This document shows positions 1 to 9,748 of a stretch of 64,000 nucleotides of DNA, piece after piece. This DNA is from Nitrosopumilus sp. (GTDB taxonomy: Archaea > Thermoproteota > Nitrososphaeria > Nitrososphaerales > Nitrosopumilaceae), in assembly GCA_963662625.1 (NCBI GenBank), contig OY759726.1, positions 384,001 through 448,000 of the forward strand. Direction: 5' to 3'. The notes beneath the pieces were generated by a model. The model had not been told where the DNA came from. It did no database searches and saw only the letters and a list, made by a program, of their open reading frames with translations. Position 1 is the stretch's first letter; the number at the start of each line of letters is the position of its first letter. A program made the translations under genes and the position numbers.

Positions 1-1
1 C

Positions 2-277
2 GTCGCCCGAATGCGTGCCGGTGCTACCGTCCCCCCAGTCCACCGCATAGGTGCCCTCGGCGTCCCCGACGGGGATTGTTATGGACTCCCCGGCGGCGCC
101 GGTCTCCCAGGTGGTGATGAAGAGGCTTTCGGGCAGCGGCATGGATCCGGCGGGCCCCGCCGGGCTGCCTGCGTGCGTCATGCCTCCGTCTCCCGCGCCC
201 AGTGCTACAGGCGATGCCACGATCGCGGACGCCATCGCCGCGACTGCGAGACAAAGCACCAAACGCGTTATCAGCAC
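2..277 (-). CDS. BspA/DUF285-type surface protein, N-terminus (signal peptide + PKD-like domain); runs off the window start
   Basis: Not in the ORF track. Manual translation from GTG277 (GGAGGA upstream): VLITRLVLCLAVAAMASAIVA...LFITTWETGAAGESITIPVGDAEGTYAVDWGDGSTGTHSGD. FITTW...ITIP...Y.VDWGDG is typical of BspA/DUF285 proteins. Confidence 0.75.
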   Translation of the reverse strand, partial: MLITRLVLCLAVAAMASAIVASPVALGAGDGGMTHAGSPAGPAGSMPLPESLFITTWETGAAGESITIPVGDAEGTYAVDWGDGSTGTHSGD

Positions 278-629
278 GCGCGCGTTCCTCCCAGTGGGGA
301 AAGACAGACCGATCCAGCGAACCGTGGCGATCCCGACCCCCAATGACTGCATGCCCTAGCATTGCCCCCGTCGCACATAAATGCAGATGGTTTGCGGCAA
401 GGCCTTGGCCGGATTCGCGCCTGGGCGGAAAGTGTCGGCGGCAGGTTTTGTTCATGCCGTGTCCGGTACCTGACGATGTACCGTCAGCCCGCACACCGAC
501 AGATCCGCGCCGGATTTACACCTGGTGGGAAGCCGGACACAGCTTGCGTTCTCGTAGTGCCGGCGGCCCTGAACACGCACGCCGGCCCAGACAGTGTATT
601 TATTAGGCACGGCCCAATTCCAAGTCAGC

Positions 630-1643
630 TTGAAGATCGCGGTGATGGGAATGGGAGTGGCAGGATCCTACCTTATGGCAAGGCTCAAGGGCTCCGAACA
701 CGACGTCACAGGGTATGAGCGGATGCCCGCAGAAAGGCATGACTCCATCTGCGCATGGGGAACGATAAAGTCGGAACTGTCGGAGTTCTGCAAGAAGACC
801 GGGAGAAACTTTGACGACTATGTAATACATGACGGAAAAAGCATGCACGTAAAGATGAACGACAACGTCAAGTTTGACATCGGCCTGAAGGGGCTGTGCA
901 CGTACGACAAGCTGGGCCTGATCCGGGACTTTATCAAGGACTCCAACGTGGTTTACGGCCGGTCGCCCAAGCTGGAAGACTTGGAAAAAGAGTACGACAT
1001 GATAGTCGACTGCACCGGATTTCACAGGGTGTACCTGCCGAGGCTTGCCGAGGACTTTTTCCTGCCCACGTATGAATACAAGGTGGAGTACGAGAACGGG
1101 CTGCCGTATGAAGACTTTTACATAGAGCCGTTCCCTGGCATGTCTGGGTACTTTTGGTACTTCCCGCTTGGGGAGAAGTGGGCCCACATAGGCGCCGGCG
1201 ACTACCGCAAGAACCACATAAAGGCGACCGACGGGTTCCTGAAAAAACACGGCGGCAGGGTGGTTGCGACCAAGGGCAGGCCGATCAGGCTCGCGACGCC
1301 GGACAGGTGCAAGCCCTACTACTCTGGAAAGGTGGTGGGAGTGGGGGAATCGATCGGGACGGTGTACGCCCTGCTCGGCGAGGGGATAATCCCGTCAATG
1401 CAGTGCGCCGAAATATTCCTGGAGAACATGCGCGACTTTAAGGCCTACGAGAAGGCGGTGGAGGACCACTTCAAGGTGTACGCCAAGGTGTTCAACTTTG
1501 TAAGGGCAAAGATACGCAAGGACTTTAGCATCCTAAAGTCGCTGCCAGACTTTATAGCCATATTCCGATACATGAAAAAACACGAGGACCGGTTCGGGAT
1601 GGACATCAGGATGGCAGACCTGATGAAGGTGGCAAAGGCCTAG
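630..1643 (+). CDS. NAD(P)/FAD-dependent oxidoreductase (geranylgeranyl reductase-like)
   Basis: KIAVMGMGVAG Rossmann motif, GYFWYFP, VGESIG...GEGI; TTG start at 630 chosen. Confidence 0.85.
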   Translation: MKIAVMGMGVAGSYLMARLKGSEHDVTGYERMPAERHDSICAWGTIKSELSEFCKKTGRNFDDYVIHDGKSMHVKMNDNVKFDIGLKGLCTYDKLGLIRDFIKDSNVVYGRSPKLEDLEKEYDMIVDCTGFHRVYLPRLAEDFFLPTYEYKVEYENGLPYEDFYIEPFPGMSGYFWYFPLGEKWAHIGAGDYRKNHIKATDGFLKKHGGRVVATKGRPIRLATPDRCKPYYSGKVVGVGESIGTVYALLGEGIIPSMQCAEIFLENMRDFKAYEKAVEDHFKVYAKVFNFVRAKIRKDFSILKSLPDFIAIFRYMKKHEDRFGMDIRMADLMKVAKA

Positions 1644-1719
1644 GGCGTGCGCAACGCGGCGGCCCAACGGGCCAGGCCGGGGTGCCATGACCAGTGCGCC
1701 AAAACGCGCCCCGCGGCCC

Positions 1720-3056
1720 CAGTAGATCGAAATGTACCCCTGTGGGGCGTTGGCCAGCATGTATTGACCTGGCACTGGAACGTTTTGGACAGAAAAACCA
1801 ATGGATCAGGCGCCCCTGTCATCCGTCATGTACAACCAAAACGAACCGCAGGGGCACCGACTCAGGGTGGCCGGCAAGGCGTTTAAAATGTTGCCCGGGC
1901 TGCTGGAGAGGGCGGGCATCGGGTTCTCGGGCCGGCACAACGCCGTGTACGGCATGGCCGACTTCGTGCGCGTTCTGGTGTCCATGTGCAGGGACCGCGC
2001 GTGCGCGTCTGGCGCCACCGGGACGCTCGCCGTGCGCCACGGGCCCCGCCGCGTGCCGTCGTCGGCGTGGGTGCTCTCCAGGATACGGGGGGCGTGCCCC
2101 GAACCGGACGCCATGCGGGAGCGGTGCGCCGGCGCCCTCGCATCCACCGTGCGGGATGCCGGGCGGTCGAGGATCCTCAGGCGGATCCGCTGCGTCGTGG
2201 CCCTGGACTACCACCTGATACCCAGGTACGACAGGGATCCCGCGACCAGGGAGGAGCAGCTGGTGCGCGCGAGGCACAGGTCCGGGACGTCGCGCTTCGA
2301 GGGGTACGCCACCGCCCAGATGGTGGACGGGCCGGGGCTGAACCTGGCGTGCAGGCCCAAGGGGGGGAGCACGGGGGCCGGAATCGTGCGCGAGCTGCTG
2401 CGTGACTGCGCTGGCGTGGGCGTCCGCCCCAGGCTGGTCCTGCTGGACCGGGGATTCTTCTCGGCAGGGGTCGTCGGGGAGCTGTCCGGGTCGGGCCACA
2501 GGTTCATCATGCCCGCGTCGCGGACTGCCGGGATAAAGAGGGCCGTGGGGGAGCACGCCCGCGGGGAGAGGGCCGCGGTGTCCCCGCACGCCCTGACGCC
2601 CCAGGACAGGAAGGCCAGCGAGCCGTTCACCCTGGTGATAGTCCCGAAGAAGGAGGGCGAGGACGGGTGGGACTCGGGGGACGCGCAGGAGAGGTACCTG
2701 GCGTACGCCACCAACGCGGACGCCGGCAGGGCGGTGCGCGCCGCCGACGTCCCTGACGAGTACCGGAAGAGGTGGGGGATAGAGACCGGGTACAGGGACG
2801 CCGAGAAGGCCAGGCCCAGGACCACCAGCCCGGACGCCTCGGTCAGGACGTTCCTGTTCTTCATGGCGCTGGTGATGTACAACCTGTGGATGATGTCGGT
2901 GGAATGGTCCGCCGGGTGGTACGGGAGCCGCGACACCGCCTCGATCCGGCTGGCGGTCATGCTGGAGTGCATGGTGGGGATGGCTGCGGGCGGGACGGAT
3001 GGCTGCCGGGCGTGGCCCAACCAGTCGTCTGGCGGCTAGTACATTTCGATCTACTG
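1720..3056 (+). mobile_element. ISH3-like (IS4 superfamily) insertion sequence
   Basis: Perfect 18-bp TIRs CAGTAGATCGAAATGTAC (1720-1737 and 3039-3056) around a DDE transposase; no direct target duplication. Confidence 0.85.
1801..3039 (+). CDS. DDE transposase, ISH3/IS4-like
   Basis: VALDYH, LLDRGFFS and YRKRWGIETGYR (YREK) motifs. Confidence 0.9.
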   Translation: MDQAPLSSVMYNQNEPQGHRLRVAGKAFKMLPGLLERAGIGFSGRHNAVYGMADFVRVLVSMCRDRACASGATGTLAVRHGPRRVPSSAWVLSRIRGACPEPDAMRERCAGALASTVRDAGRSRILRRIRCVVALDYHLIPRYDRDPATREEQLVRARHRSGTSRFEGYATAQMVDGPGLNLACRPKGGSTGAGIVRELLRDCAGVGVRPRLVLLDRGFFSAGVVGELSGSGHRFIMPASRTAGIKRAVGEHARGERAAVSPHALTPQDRKASEPFTLVIVPKKEGEDGWDSGDAQERYLAYATNADAGRAVRAADVPDEYRKRWGIETGYRDAEKARPRTTSPDASVRTFLFFMALVMYNLWMMSVEWSAGWYGSRDTASIRLAVMLECMVGMAAGGTDGCRAWPNQSSGG

Positions 3057-4090
3057 GGGCCGGCCAGCGCCGGGCCGATGACCCACCCTATGCCAAAGAC
3101 CGTCTCGTATGCCCCGATGGCCTTTCCGGACGCCGCCCCTTGCGTTCTGCTCAGGACTATCTCGAGCGTCAGCGGGAAGAATATCCCGAACCCGAACCCC
3201 ATCAGCAGCAGCGCGGCGGCGAACCCCGCCGCGGAGTCCGCCGCGGCCGAGAGCGCCAGGCCCGCCGACACCGCCAGCGCGGCGAACACCAGGGTCGTGC
3301 CGGTCCTTCGCGCAAGGCGGCCGCCGACGGCGAGCGACGCGATCCTGGAAATCCCGAAGACAAAGTACAGCAGCAGGACGTCTACGTCCGAGATCCCCCC
3401 GTCGTTGAGGAACGCGGGGTAGATCGAGAGTATCACCCCAAACGACGACGTGAAGAAGATCACCAGGACGATCACCTCGGGGAATTTTTTCATCTCCCCG
3501 AATGACGCCATGCTGAACCGCTTGCCGCCGCCCGCCGCGTCGCTTCGAGATGCCAGCAGCGCCGAGATTATGGCGGTGGCCAGGATGAGCGCGGTGACCT
3601 GGAACAGCGCCCTGTAGGTCATGTCGGCGTCCTCCAGCAGCACGGTGCCCGCCAGGGGGCCGGCCATGAACCCGGTCACGAAGAACATCGTGAACCACGA
3701 GATGTTCCGCACCCTGTCCCCCTCGCCGCTGTGCTGCGAGATGATGGACTCGCACGGGGGCCAGAAGAACGCGTGCGCTATCCCCGTCAGGACGCGGAAC
3801 CCCATGATCTCCGGGATCGACTGCGCCACGGACAGGAGGTAGATCGACGCCGCATTCAGCGCGGATCCCAGCGCCAGGAGGCGGCCGCCGCTGAACCTGT
3901 CCAGCAGCGCCCCCACGAACAGGGGGATGAACATGTACGGGAGGAAGTTCACCAGCCCCACGAGGCCCAGTTCGGAGTACGACGCCCCGATGACGTTCTT
4001 TGCAAACAGCGGAAGGATCGGCCCGTGGAGCCCGTACGAGATCCCGATGATCAGGCCCGTGGCGTTTACGAGTATCAGGGCCCTGTTCAT
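2957..4090 (-). CDS. MFS transporter, C-terminus replaced by IS sequence
   Basis: MNRALILVNATG start, multiple TM helices, GALLDRFSGGR motif A; after ...GPALAGP the frame reads into the IS TIR. Confidence 0.85.
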   Translation of the reverse strand: MNRALILVNATGLIIGISYGLHGPILPLFAKNVIGASYSELGLVGLVNFLPYMFIPLFVGALLDRFSGGRLLALGSALNAASIYLLSVAQSIPEIMGFRVLTGIAHAFFWPPCESIISQHSGEGDRVRNISWFTMFFVTGFMAGPLAGTVLLEDADMTYRALFQVTALILATAIISALLASRSDAAGGGKRFSMASFGEMKKFPEVIVLVIFFTSSFGVILSIYPAFLNDGGISDVDVLLLYFVFGISRIASLAVGGRLARRTGTTLVFAALAVSAGLALSAAADSAAGFAAALLLMGFGFGIFFPLTLEIVLSRTQGAASGKAIGAYETVFGIGWVIGPALAGPSRSKCTSRQTTGWATPGSHPSRPQPSPPCTPA

Positions 4091-4776
4091 TTGTATGCGG
4101 CCACCATTATGGCCCCGCCCATAAGATCCTTCTCGAACTCGACTTTGGGGAATTTTTCCAGCAGCAGTTTTTCCAGCATCTTGTTCCGCGGCCACCTCTT
4201 GTACGTGCCGTAGAGCGTCCCGAACTTCAGCCCCAGCCTGCCGCCCACGAGCAGCGCGAGCAGTGGCATGACGCACCTCAGGTAAAAGGAGGCGCCGCAC
4301 CTGGCCGCCGCGTTGTCGGGCTTTCCCAGGTCCACTACCACCAGCCTGCCCCCGTCCTTGAGCACCCGGTGGGCCTCGGATATGGCGATCCTCAGGTTTA
4401 TCGCGTCCCGCAGGGAATAACCGCACAGCACGGCGTCAAACTCCCCGTCCCTGAATGGGATATGCTCAAATACCCCGCTCGCCATGTCGGGAGCCCTCTC
4501 AAAGTGCCTGCCCGTGTTCTTTAGCATCGGGACGAGCGGGTCGTAGAGCGTGATCGAGATCCTGCCCCCGCACAGCTCCGACGCCGTCTTGGACATGTTG
4601 CCAAACCCCGAACCCGCGTCCAGGACCCTGTCGCCGGGCAGCACCCTGCCCCGGATTCCCCTGTTCCGGTGCTCCGCGTCCTTTCCGAGGGAGATGTACG
4701 AGTTTACCCTGTCGTAGACCGGGATGATCTCCCGGAGCACCTCCATTACCTCGCCCCAGTAGCTGCCCAGCCCCAT
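4087..4776 (-). CDS. class I SAM methyltransferase (UbiE/MenG-like)
   Basis: YDRVNSYISLG, VLDAGSGFG, IPFRDGEFDAV, RVLKDGG. Confidence 0.85.
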   Translation of the reverse strand: MGLGSYWGEVMEVLREIIPVYDRVNSYISLGKDAEHRNRGIRGRVLPGDRVLDAGSGFGNMSKTASELCGGRISITLYDPLVPMLKNTGRHFERAPDMASGVFEHIPFRDGEFDAVLCGYSLRDAINLRIAISEAHRVLKDGGRLVVVDLGKPDNAAARCGASFYLRCVMPLLALLVGGRLGLKFGTLYGTYKRWPRNKMLEKLLLEKFPKVEFEKDLMGGAIMVAAYK

Positions 4777-4821
4777 ACCTACTGTCCCCGCAAGCCGGTT
4801 TGAATAGTTTTCAGATCGCGT

Positions 4822-5547
4822 CTACGCCGGGGCGAATTTTGGCGCGTCCTTGGAGTAGCCCGCGAGCTCGTCTTCCCGGATCTTCTCGAACAGCCTGCCC
4901 TCGGCCGTGATCTTTGCCATCTTTATGTGGTTGATCCCCTCCTTCTGTTCGGCCTTTATGTTGATCGCCGCGATTGCCAGGGACGCCGCGTCGTCCATCG
5001 TCATCCCGGGATCGTAGTGCTTTTCCAGGAACGAGTTGACGTCGTCGGAGCCGGCGCCGATCGCCACCGCCGCATACTGCACGTAGGCCCCGCTGGGATC
5101 CGTCACGTAGACGGACTCGCCCTTTTGATCGATTCCCGCGATGATCAGGGCCACGCCGTTCGGCCTCACTCCGGAATACTGGGTGAACTGGTGGGACTGG
5201 TCTGCCAGGTGCTTTGCGACGGTAGCTACCTCGACGGACTCGTCGTATGTCAGCCTGTTGCCCTGCGAAAAGAACCTCGCGTTGTCTACCTGCACCCGGG
5301 CGTCCGGGATGTAGCCGGCGGCCGCCACCCCGATGTGGTGGTCCACCTGGAAGATCTTCTGGGTGACGTTCGACGTCTGCAGGGATCTCGGCTTTTCCTC
5401 GACTGCCATTATCACCCCCTGCTTGGTGCCGATTCCCAGCGCCAGGGTTCCCCTCTTGACGGTCTCGATGGCATACTCCACCTGGTAGATCCTGCCGTCC
5501 GGGGAATACATTGTGGGCGTCATGTCGTACCCGCGCGATGCCATCAT
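4822..5547 (-). CDS. psmA: proteasome subunit alpha
   Basis: GYDMTPTMYSPDGRIYQVEYA alpha-subunit signature. Confidence 0.97.
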   Translation of the reverse strand: MMASRGYDMTPTMYSPDGRIYQVEYAIETVKRGTLALGIGTKQGVIMAVEEKPRSLQTSNVTQKIFQVDHHIGVAAAGYIPDARVQVDNARFFSQGNRLTYDESVEVATVAKHLADQSHQFTQYSGVRPNGVALIIAGIDQKGESVYVTDPSGAYVQYAAVAIGAGSDDVNSFLEKHYDPGMTMDDAASLAIAAINIKAEQKEGINHIKMAKITAEGRLFEKIREDELAGYSKDAPKFAPA

Positions 5548-5723
5548 GCCATGTCGACTCCTCTTCCAGTCAATTTAAGGGTAATTGTCGCGGCGTGCGG
5601 CGTTGACGGGCGCCTCGCGCGCCGCCGCCCCGCCCCTGCCCCAACCCGCATGCCGCGGATGCGGCCCGGATCAGAACCAGGGCGCGCCGCCAACCAAACC
5701 TATATAACATAATCCGTGCAATC

Positions 5724-7004
5724 GTGGGCATGGCCAGCGTGGATCCGTTTGCAAACGCGACGAAGCAGGTCAATGACGCCTGCGACATACTGAACATCAA
5801 GGACAAGCAGCTGCGCGAGTACCTTGCCATGCCCAACAGGGTCCTGAGGGTCAAGATCCCCGTTAGGATGGACAACGGCAAGATCAGGGTATTCACGGGC
5901 TTTAGGAGCCAGCACAACAACGACCGCGGCCCGTACAAGGGCGGGATCAGGTACTTCAACCCCGAGGGCGGGGTGGAGTACATGGAACGCGAGGTCATGG
6001 CGCTGTCCTCCTGGATGACGTGGAAGTGCGCCATCGTGGACATCCCGCTGGGCGGGGGAAAGGGCGGCATCTATGTCAACCCGAAGACCGAGAAGCTCAG
6101 CGACGGCGAGCTGGAAAGGCTCACCAGGGGGTACGCGTACAAGATTGCCGAGGTGATCGGCCCGGAGAAGGACATCCCGGCGCCCGACGTGTACACCACC
6201 GGCAGGGAGATGACCCAGATAATGGATACTTTTAGCAAGCTTAACGGGAACCGGCATTCCCCGGGCGTGATTACCGGCAAGCCGATCTCCATGGGGGGGT
6301 CGCTTGCCAGGAACGTGGCCACGGGCCTGGGCGCCGCATACTGCTGCAGGGAGGCTGCAAATGCGCTGAAGATAAAGCTGGCAGGCGCCAAGGTGGTCCT
6401 ACAGGGGTTCGGAAACGCGTCCACGTTTGCCGGAGAATACCTGGAAAAGATGGGCGCCAAGGTCATCGCCGTGAGCGACTCCAAGGGTTCCATCTCGATC
6501 CCGAAGGGCGCCAAGGTCAGCAAGATCCTGGCGCACAAGCAGGAGACGGGCTCCGTCGTGGGCTTCCAAGGCAGCAAGAAGATCACCACCGGGCAGCTTT
6601 TGACCACAAAGTGCGACGTGCTGGTTCCTGGCGCGCTGGAAAACCAGATCACCGCAAGGATCGCCAAGAACCTAAAGTGCAAGATCATCGCGGAGGCCGC
6701 GAACGGCCCGACGCTGCCAGAGGCAGACCCGATCATCCACAAGAAGAACATCCTGGTCATCCCGGACATCCTGGCGAACTCCGGCGGCGTCTGCATATCG
6801 TACCTGGAGTGGGTCCAGAACAACATGGGTTACTATTGGTCGTTTGACGAGGTCGCCGGCAAGATGGAGGCCAACATCACCAAGGGCTTCAAGGACGCCT
6901 ACGCGCTGTCCAAGAAGCACAAGATCGACATGAGGAGGGCCACGATGGCCCTGGCAGTCGAGAGGGTCGTCGAGGCGTTCGGCCACAAAGGCATCTGGCC
7001 CTAG
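5724..7004 (+). CDS. gdhA: glutamate dehydrogenase (Glu/Leu/Phe/Val family)
   Basis: GPYKGGIR, LGGGKGG, DIPAPDV, QGFGN, EAANGP, PDILANSGGV. Confidence 0.95.
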   Translation: MGMASVDPFANATKQVNDACDILNIKDKQLREYLAMPNRVLRVKIPVRMDNGKIRVFTGFRSQHNNDRGPYKGGIRYFNPEGGVEYMEREVMALSSWMTWKCAIVDIPLGGGKGGIYVNPKTEKLSDGELERLTRGYAYKIAEVIGPEKDIPAPDVYTTGREMTQIMDTFSKLNGNRHSPGVITGKPISMGGSLARNVATGLGAAYCCREAANALKIKLAGAKVVLQGFGNASTFAGEYLEKMGAKVIAVSDSKGSISIPKGAKVSKILAHKQETGSVVGFQGSKKITTGQLLTTKCDVLVPGALENQITARIAKNLKCKIIAEAANGPTLPEADPIIHKKNILVIPDILANSGGVCISYLEWVQNNMGYYWSFDEVAGKMEANITKGFKDAYALSKKHKIDMRRATMALAVERVVEAFGHKGIWP

Positions 7005-7378
7005 GCCAGGTAGGGCTCGTAGCACACCAGCTGCTCGGTAAACATCACCTGCCCCCGCGTTATCATGCGGAGCCGCTTTTTGAAGGACAGGTCTATCCTC
7101 GTCCTCCGCTCCAGCAGCCGTATCGCCTTCCCCGTGAGGCGGGAGCCCTTCTTGTCCCTATCAAACAGGATGATCACGCTCTCGTACCTCGCAACCGAGT
7201 CCGCAAAATCCACCATCCCGCCAAAACGGTTGAGCTGCAGGACCTTGCCGGAAAACCCCAGCCTTTGCAGCGCGCACGCGTCACGCTTGCCCTCCACGAC
7301 CACCGCGCTGCCCCGCATGGCGTTCAGGTGCGCGATGAACCCCCTCAGCTGGTCGATCTCGTGCTCCGTGACGCGCAT
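7001..7378 (-). CDS. Toprim domain protein
   Basis: VVVEGKRD and LFDRDKKG Toprim motifs; start MRVTEHE. Confidence 0.85.
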   Translation of the reverse strand: MRVTEHEIDQLRGFIAHLNAMRGSAVVVEGKRDACALQRLGFSGKVLQLNRFGGMVDFADSVARYESVIILFDRDKKGSRLTGKAIRLLERRTRIDLSFKKRLRMITRGQVMFTEQLVCYEPYLA

Positions 7379-7427
7379 GTTGCGGTACCGGCTCGGACAT
7401 ATTAAGCGCTTTTGATAAGGAACCGCG

Positions 7428-8111
7428 ATGGCGGACGTCTTGCTGGTGCAGAACACCCGGGCGGAGGGATCCGGGCGCCTGGGCGAGCTGTTGCGGGGGG
7501 ACGGGTTCGACGTCCGCTCCGTGCACGCTAAGACCGAGAGGATCCCGGACTCGGGGCACTCCCTGGCGGTGATCCTGGGAGCCCCGGAAAGCGCCAACGG
7601 CCGGGCGGGGTACCTGCAGTCGGAGCAACGGCTGATCAGAAAGAGCGTGAGCGACGGCATCCCGGTCCTTGGCATATGCCTCGGCTCCCAGCTGATCGCA
7701 AAGGCGTTCGGGGCGGACGTCTACCGCGGGCCGAGGAAGGAGATCGGCTTTTACAGCGACCTGGAGGCAATCCCCGGCTCCCGGCTGTTCTCCGGGTTCG
7801 AGAACCCGTTTACCGTGTTCCACTGGCACGGCGACACGTTTGATCTTCCAGAGGGGGCGGTGCGCCTGGCGCGTTCCGGGCAGTACCAAAACCAGGCGTT
7901 CCGGATCGGCAGCGCGGTGGGGCTCCAGTTCCACCTGGAGGCAGACGGGAGGATGGTGAACGCGTGGCTTGACAGAACCGAAGACGCCCTGAGGCGGATC
8001 CCCGACGCAGACCCCGAAAGGATACGGTCGGAGATCGGCGAAAAGACCCCCGCCGTGATGGCCAACATGGAGAAGTTTTACGGCAACTTCAAGGCAGAGT
8101 TCGGGCTCTGA
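7428..8111 (+). CDS. type 1 glutamine amidotransferase
   Basis: LGICLGSQL, FHWHGDTF, GLQFHLE. Confidence 0.92.
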   Translation: MADVLLVQNTRAEGSGRLGELLRGDGFDVRSVHAKTERIPDSGHSLAVILGAPESANGRAGYLQSEQRLIRKSVSDGIPVLGICLGSQLIAKAFGADVYRGPRKEIGFYSDLEAIPGSRLFSGFENPFTVFHWHGDTFDLPEGAVRLARSGQYQNQAFRIGSAVGLQFHLEADGRMVNAWLDRTEDALRRIPDADPERIRSEIGEKTPAVMANMEKFYGNFKAEFGL

Positions 8112-8180
8112 CGGCGCGCCCCCGCCGGCATGGCGGGTCGCGCGGGCGCCCGGGCGGCCATCTGCGGCGCGGGCCTCCTT

Positions 8181-8640
8181 TGTGCAGTGTATGAAAAGCC
8201 GGTCCGCCAGCCATCAGTGCCCGCCCCCATCCGCCCGGGGCCGTTTTTCCTGATCGCGCCCGTGGCATTCTTGTCACGGAAGGCCCTCGGCGGGGCCTGG
8301 CAGTTGCCGGCGTCCGGGGAGAGGTGCAGCCTGTCCCCGTTGCAGTGCGCCACGTGCCCGGGCATGCTCCCGCGGTGCCATGCCCCGTCCCCCGCGCCCC
8401 GGAAGAGCCGCCCGGCCTTCCCGCTGGCCTGGGGGCCGCGCGGCCCGGAGCTTGCGGGCCCGGCGCCCCGGCCGGGGGCCCCGCCCCGGACGCGGCGGGC
8501 CTCCGCGGCCGGGGAGGGGCCTTCCCGCGGCCGCTCCGGCCCACGGGGCACGGGCCGTTGCCGGGGGGCACGGTCGCATGCGTGCCGAACCGCCCGGTCG
8601 CGTCCCCGGGCGCCGGCACAGCGTCCCCCGGCGCGGCCTG
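8181..8640 (-). pseudogene. IS481-like transposase, 3' remnant with ...GCACA terminus
   Basis: PQASGKAGRLFR (degenerate PQTNGKxER), HCNGDRLHLSP (degenerate YNxxRxHxSL), QAPPRAFRDK; 5' boundary approximate. Confidence 0.6.
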
Positions 8641-8649
8641 CGCGGGCAC

Positions 8650-9141
8650 GCGCGCCGCGGCCGCATGACCAAGGCGGGGGCCCCGCCGGTGCGGCATCTG
8701 CCGGCGGGGGCGGCGACGGTGCACGTGGCCGTGGCGGCCAGAAGGGGGCCTCCCGCCCCGACCGGCGCGTCTTGCCACGGGACTGCAGGGAAGCGCGGGG
8801 GTTCCAAGGCAAGGGCGGCGGCTGCCGCCAAGATGCCGGGGATCGCGCCCTGGATGCCGAAGGAGGGGACTGGCCCTGGGGCGTGCCCGGCGGGGGCAGG
8901 AAGTGCACGGAGCGCGGGGAGGAGCGCGGGGCATGAACGCGGGCCACATCATGGCCAGGGGCTTGTGCGTTTGAACCATGGGGTTCGATGCCCGACCCAG
9001 CAGCTACACCCAGGCCCTGACGAATGGATGGAGATGGTGCTGGGATTCGATGCCCGAATGGACACGTGTCCGCACCATCCCTTGGAAACGGACGCCGCCC
9101 AGCGTGAGCCATGCCCTGACGCATGAAAGCGGCCGCCATAT
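8650..9141 (+). pseudogene. IS110-family recombinase C-terminal remnant plus right non-coding end
   Basis: RRGRMTKAGAPPVRHL...KRGGSKARAAAAAKMPGIAPWMPKEG matches the IS110 pattern GxITKxG...KAxVAxAxKLLxIAYWML; ends ...GCCATAT. Confidence 0.6.
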
Positions 9142-9178
9142 TTATTAAGATTGCACACAGGCAGTTATAGAACTAATA

Positions 9179-9748
9179 ATGACTTGGAAAAATTCAAAAC
9201 AGACACTGCCTGTAATATTTACAATTACAGCTCTTCTAATCGCAATCCCTGGAATCGCATATGCAAATACAGAACCTTGGACTTGGCCATCAGCTGATCA
9301 ACATTATCTGTGCACATCATCTGTGCCAAATATTACCCATACATCAAATGTTAATCCATGTGGTGACTTGAACAGTTCATCTAATGTTTGGGAAGCAGGC
9401 TCAGGTAACTCTTGGGATCTTGATCCATCTAGTAGTGGTTGGCCAGTATATGCATGGAGTCTTCCATCTGGAACTGGAGGCGAAACATATGTGGCATACA
9501 ACTCTAGTGGTGAAGCACGTTATGCATGGATAGTTATGAACAAAAATTTGTCTTGGGAAGATTCCAATAAAGACTGGTGGACTAGTGGTTATGACTGGAG
9601 AACCTTTACTGGTCATGAGTTTGGCCATCTGGCAGGAATATCTCATACATCAAATAGTAATTCCATAATGTATGATTCAAGAGGACCTAATGACGCAGAA
9701 CGCAGCCCCCCACAACATGAAATAAACCACATGAAGGACAAGTATTGA
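9179..9748 (+). CDS. secreted matrixin-family (metzincin) metalloprotease
   Basis: Signal peptide ending AYA, HEFGHLAGISH zinc motif, SIMY Met-turn; AT-rich. Confidence 0.9.
   Translation: MTWKNSKQTLPVIFTITALLIAIPGIAYANTEPWTWPSADQHYLCTSSVPNITHTSNVNPCGDLNSSSNVWEAGSGNSWDLDPSSSGWPVYAWSLPSGTGGETYVAYNSSGEARYAWIVMNKNLSWEDSNKDWWTSGYDWRTFTGHEFGHLAGISHTSNSNSIMYDSRGPNDAERSPPQHEINHMKDKY

Noticed and set aside
8078-9139. Several 250-350 aa overlapping ORFs in six frames
   Set aside because: G/P/R/A-rich products caused by stop-codon depletion in GC-eroded IS remnants; not real proteins.
8181-9157. TGTGCA...TGCACA as paired TIRs of one IS481 element
   Set aside because: Only 6 bp match, there is no TSD, and the interior consists of two different families on opposite strands.
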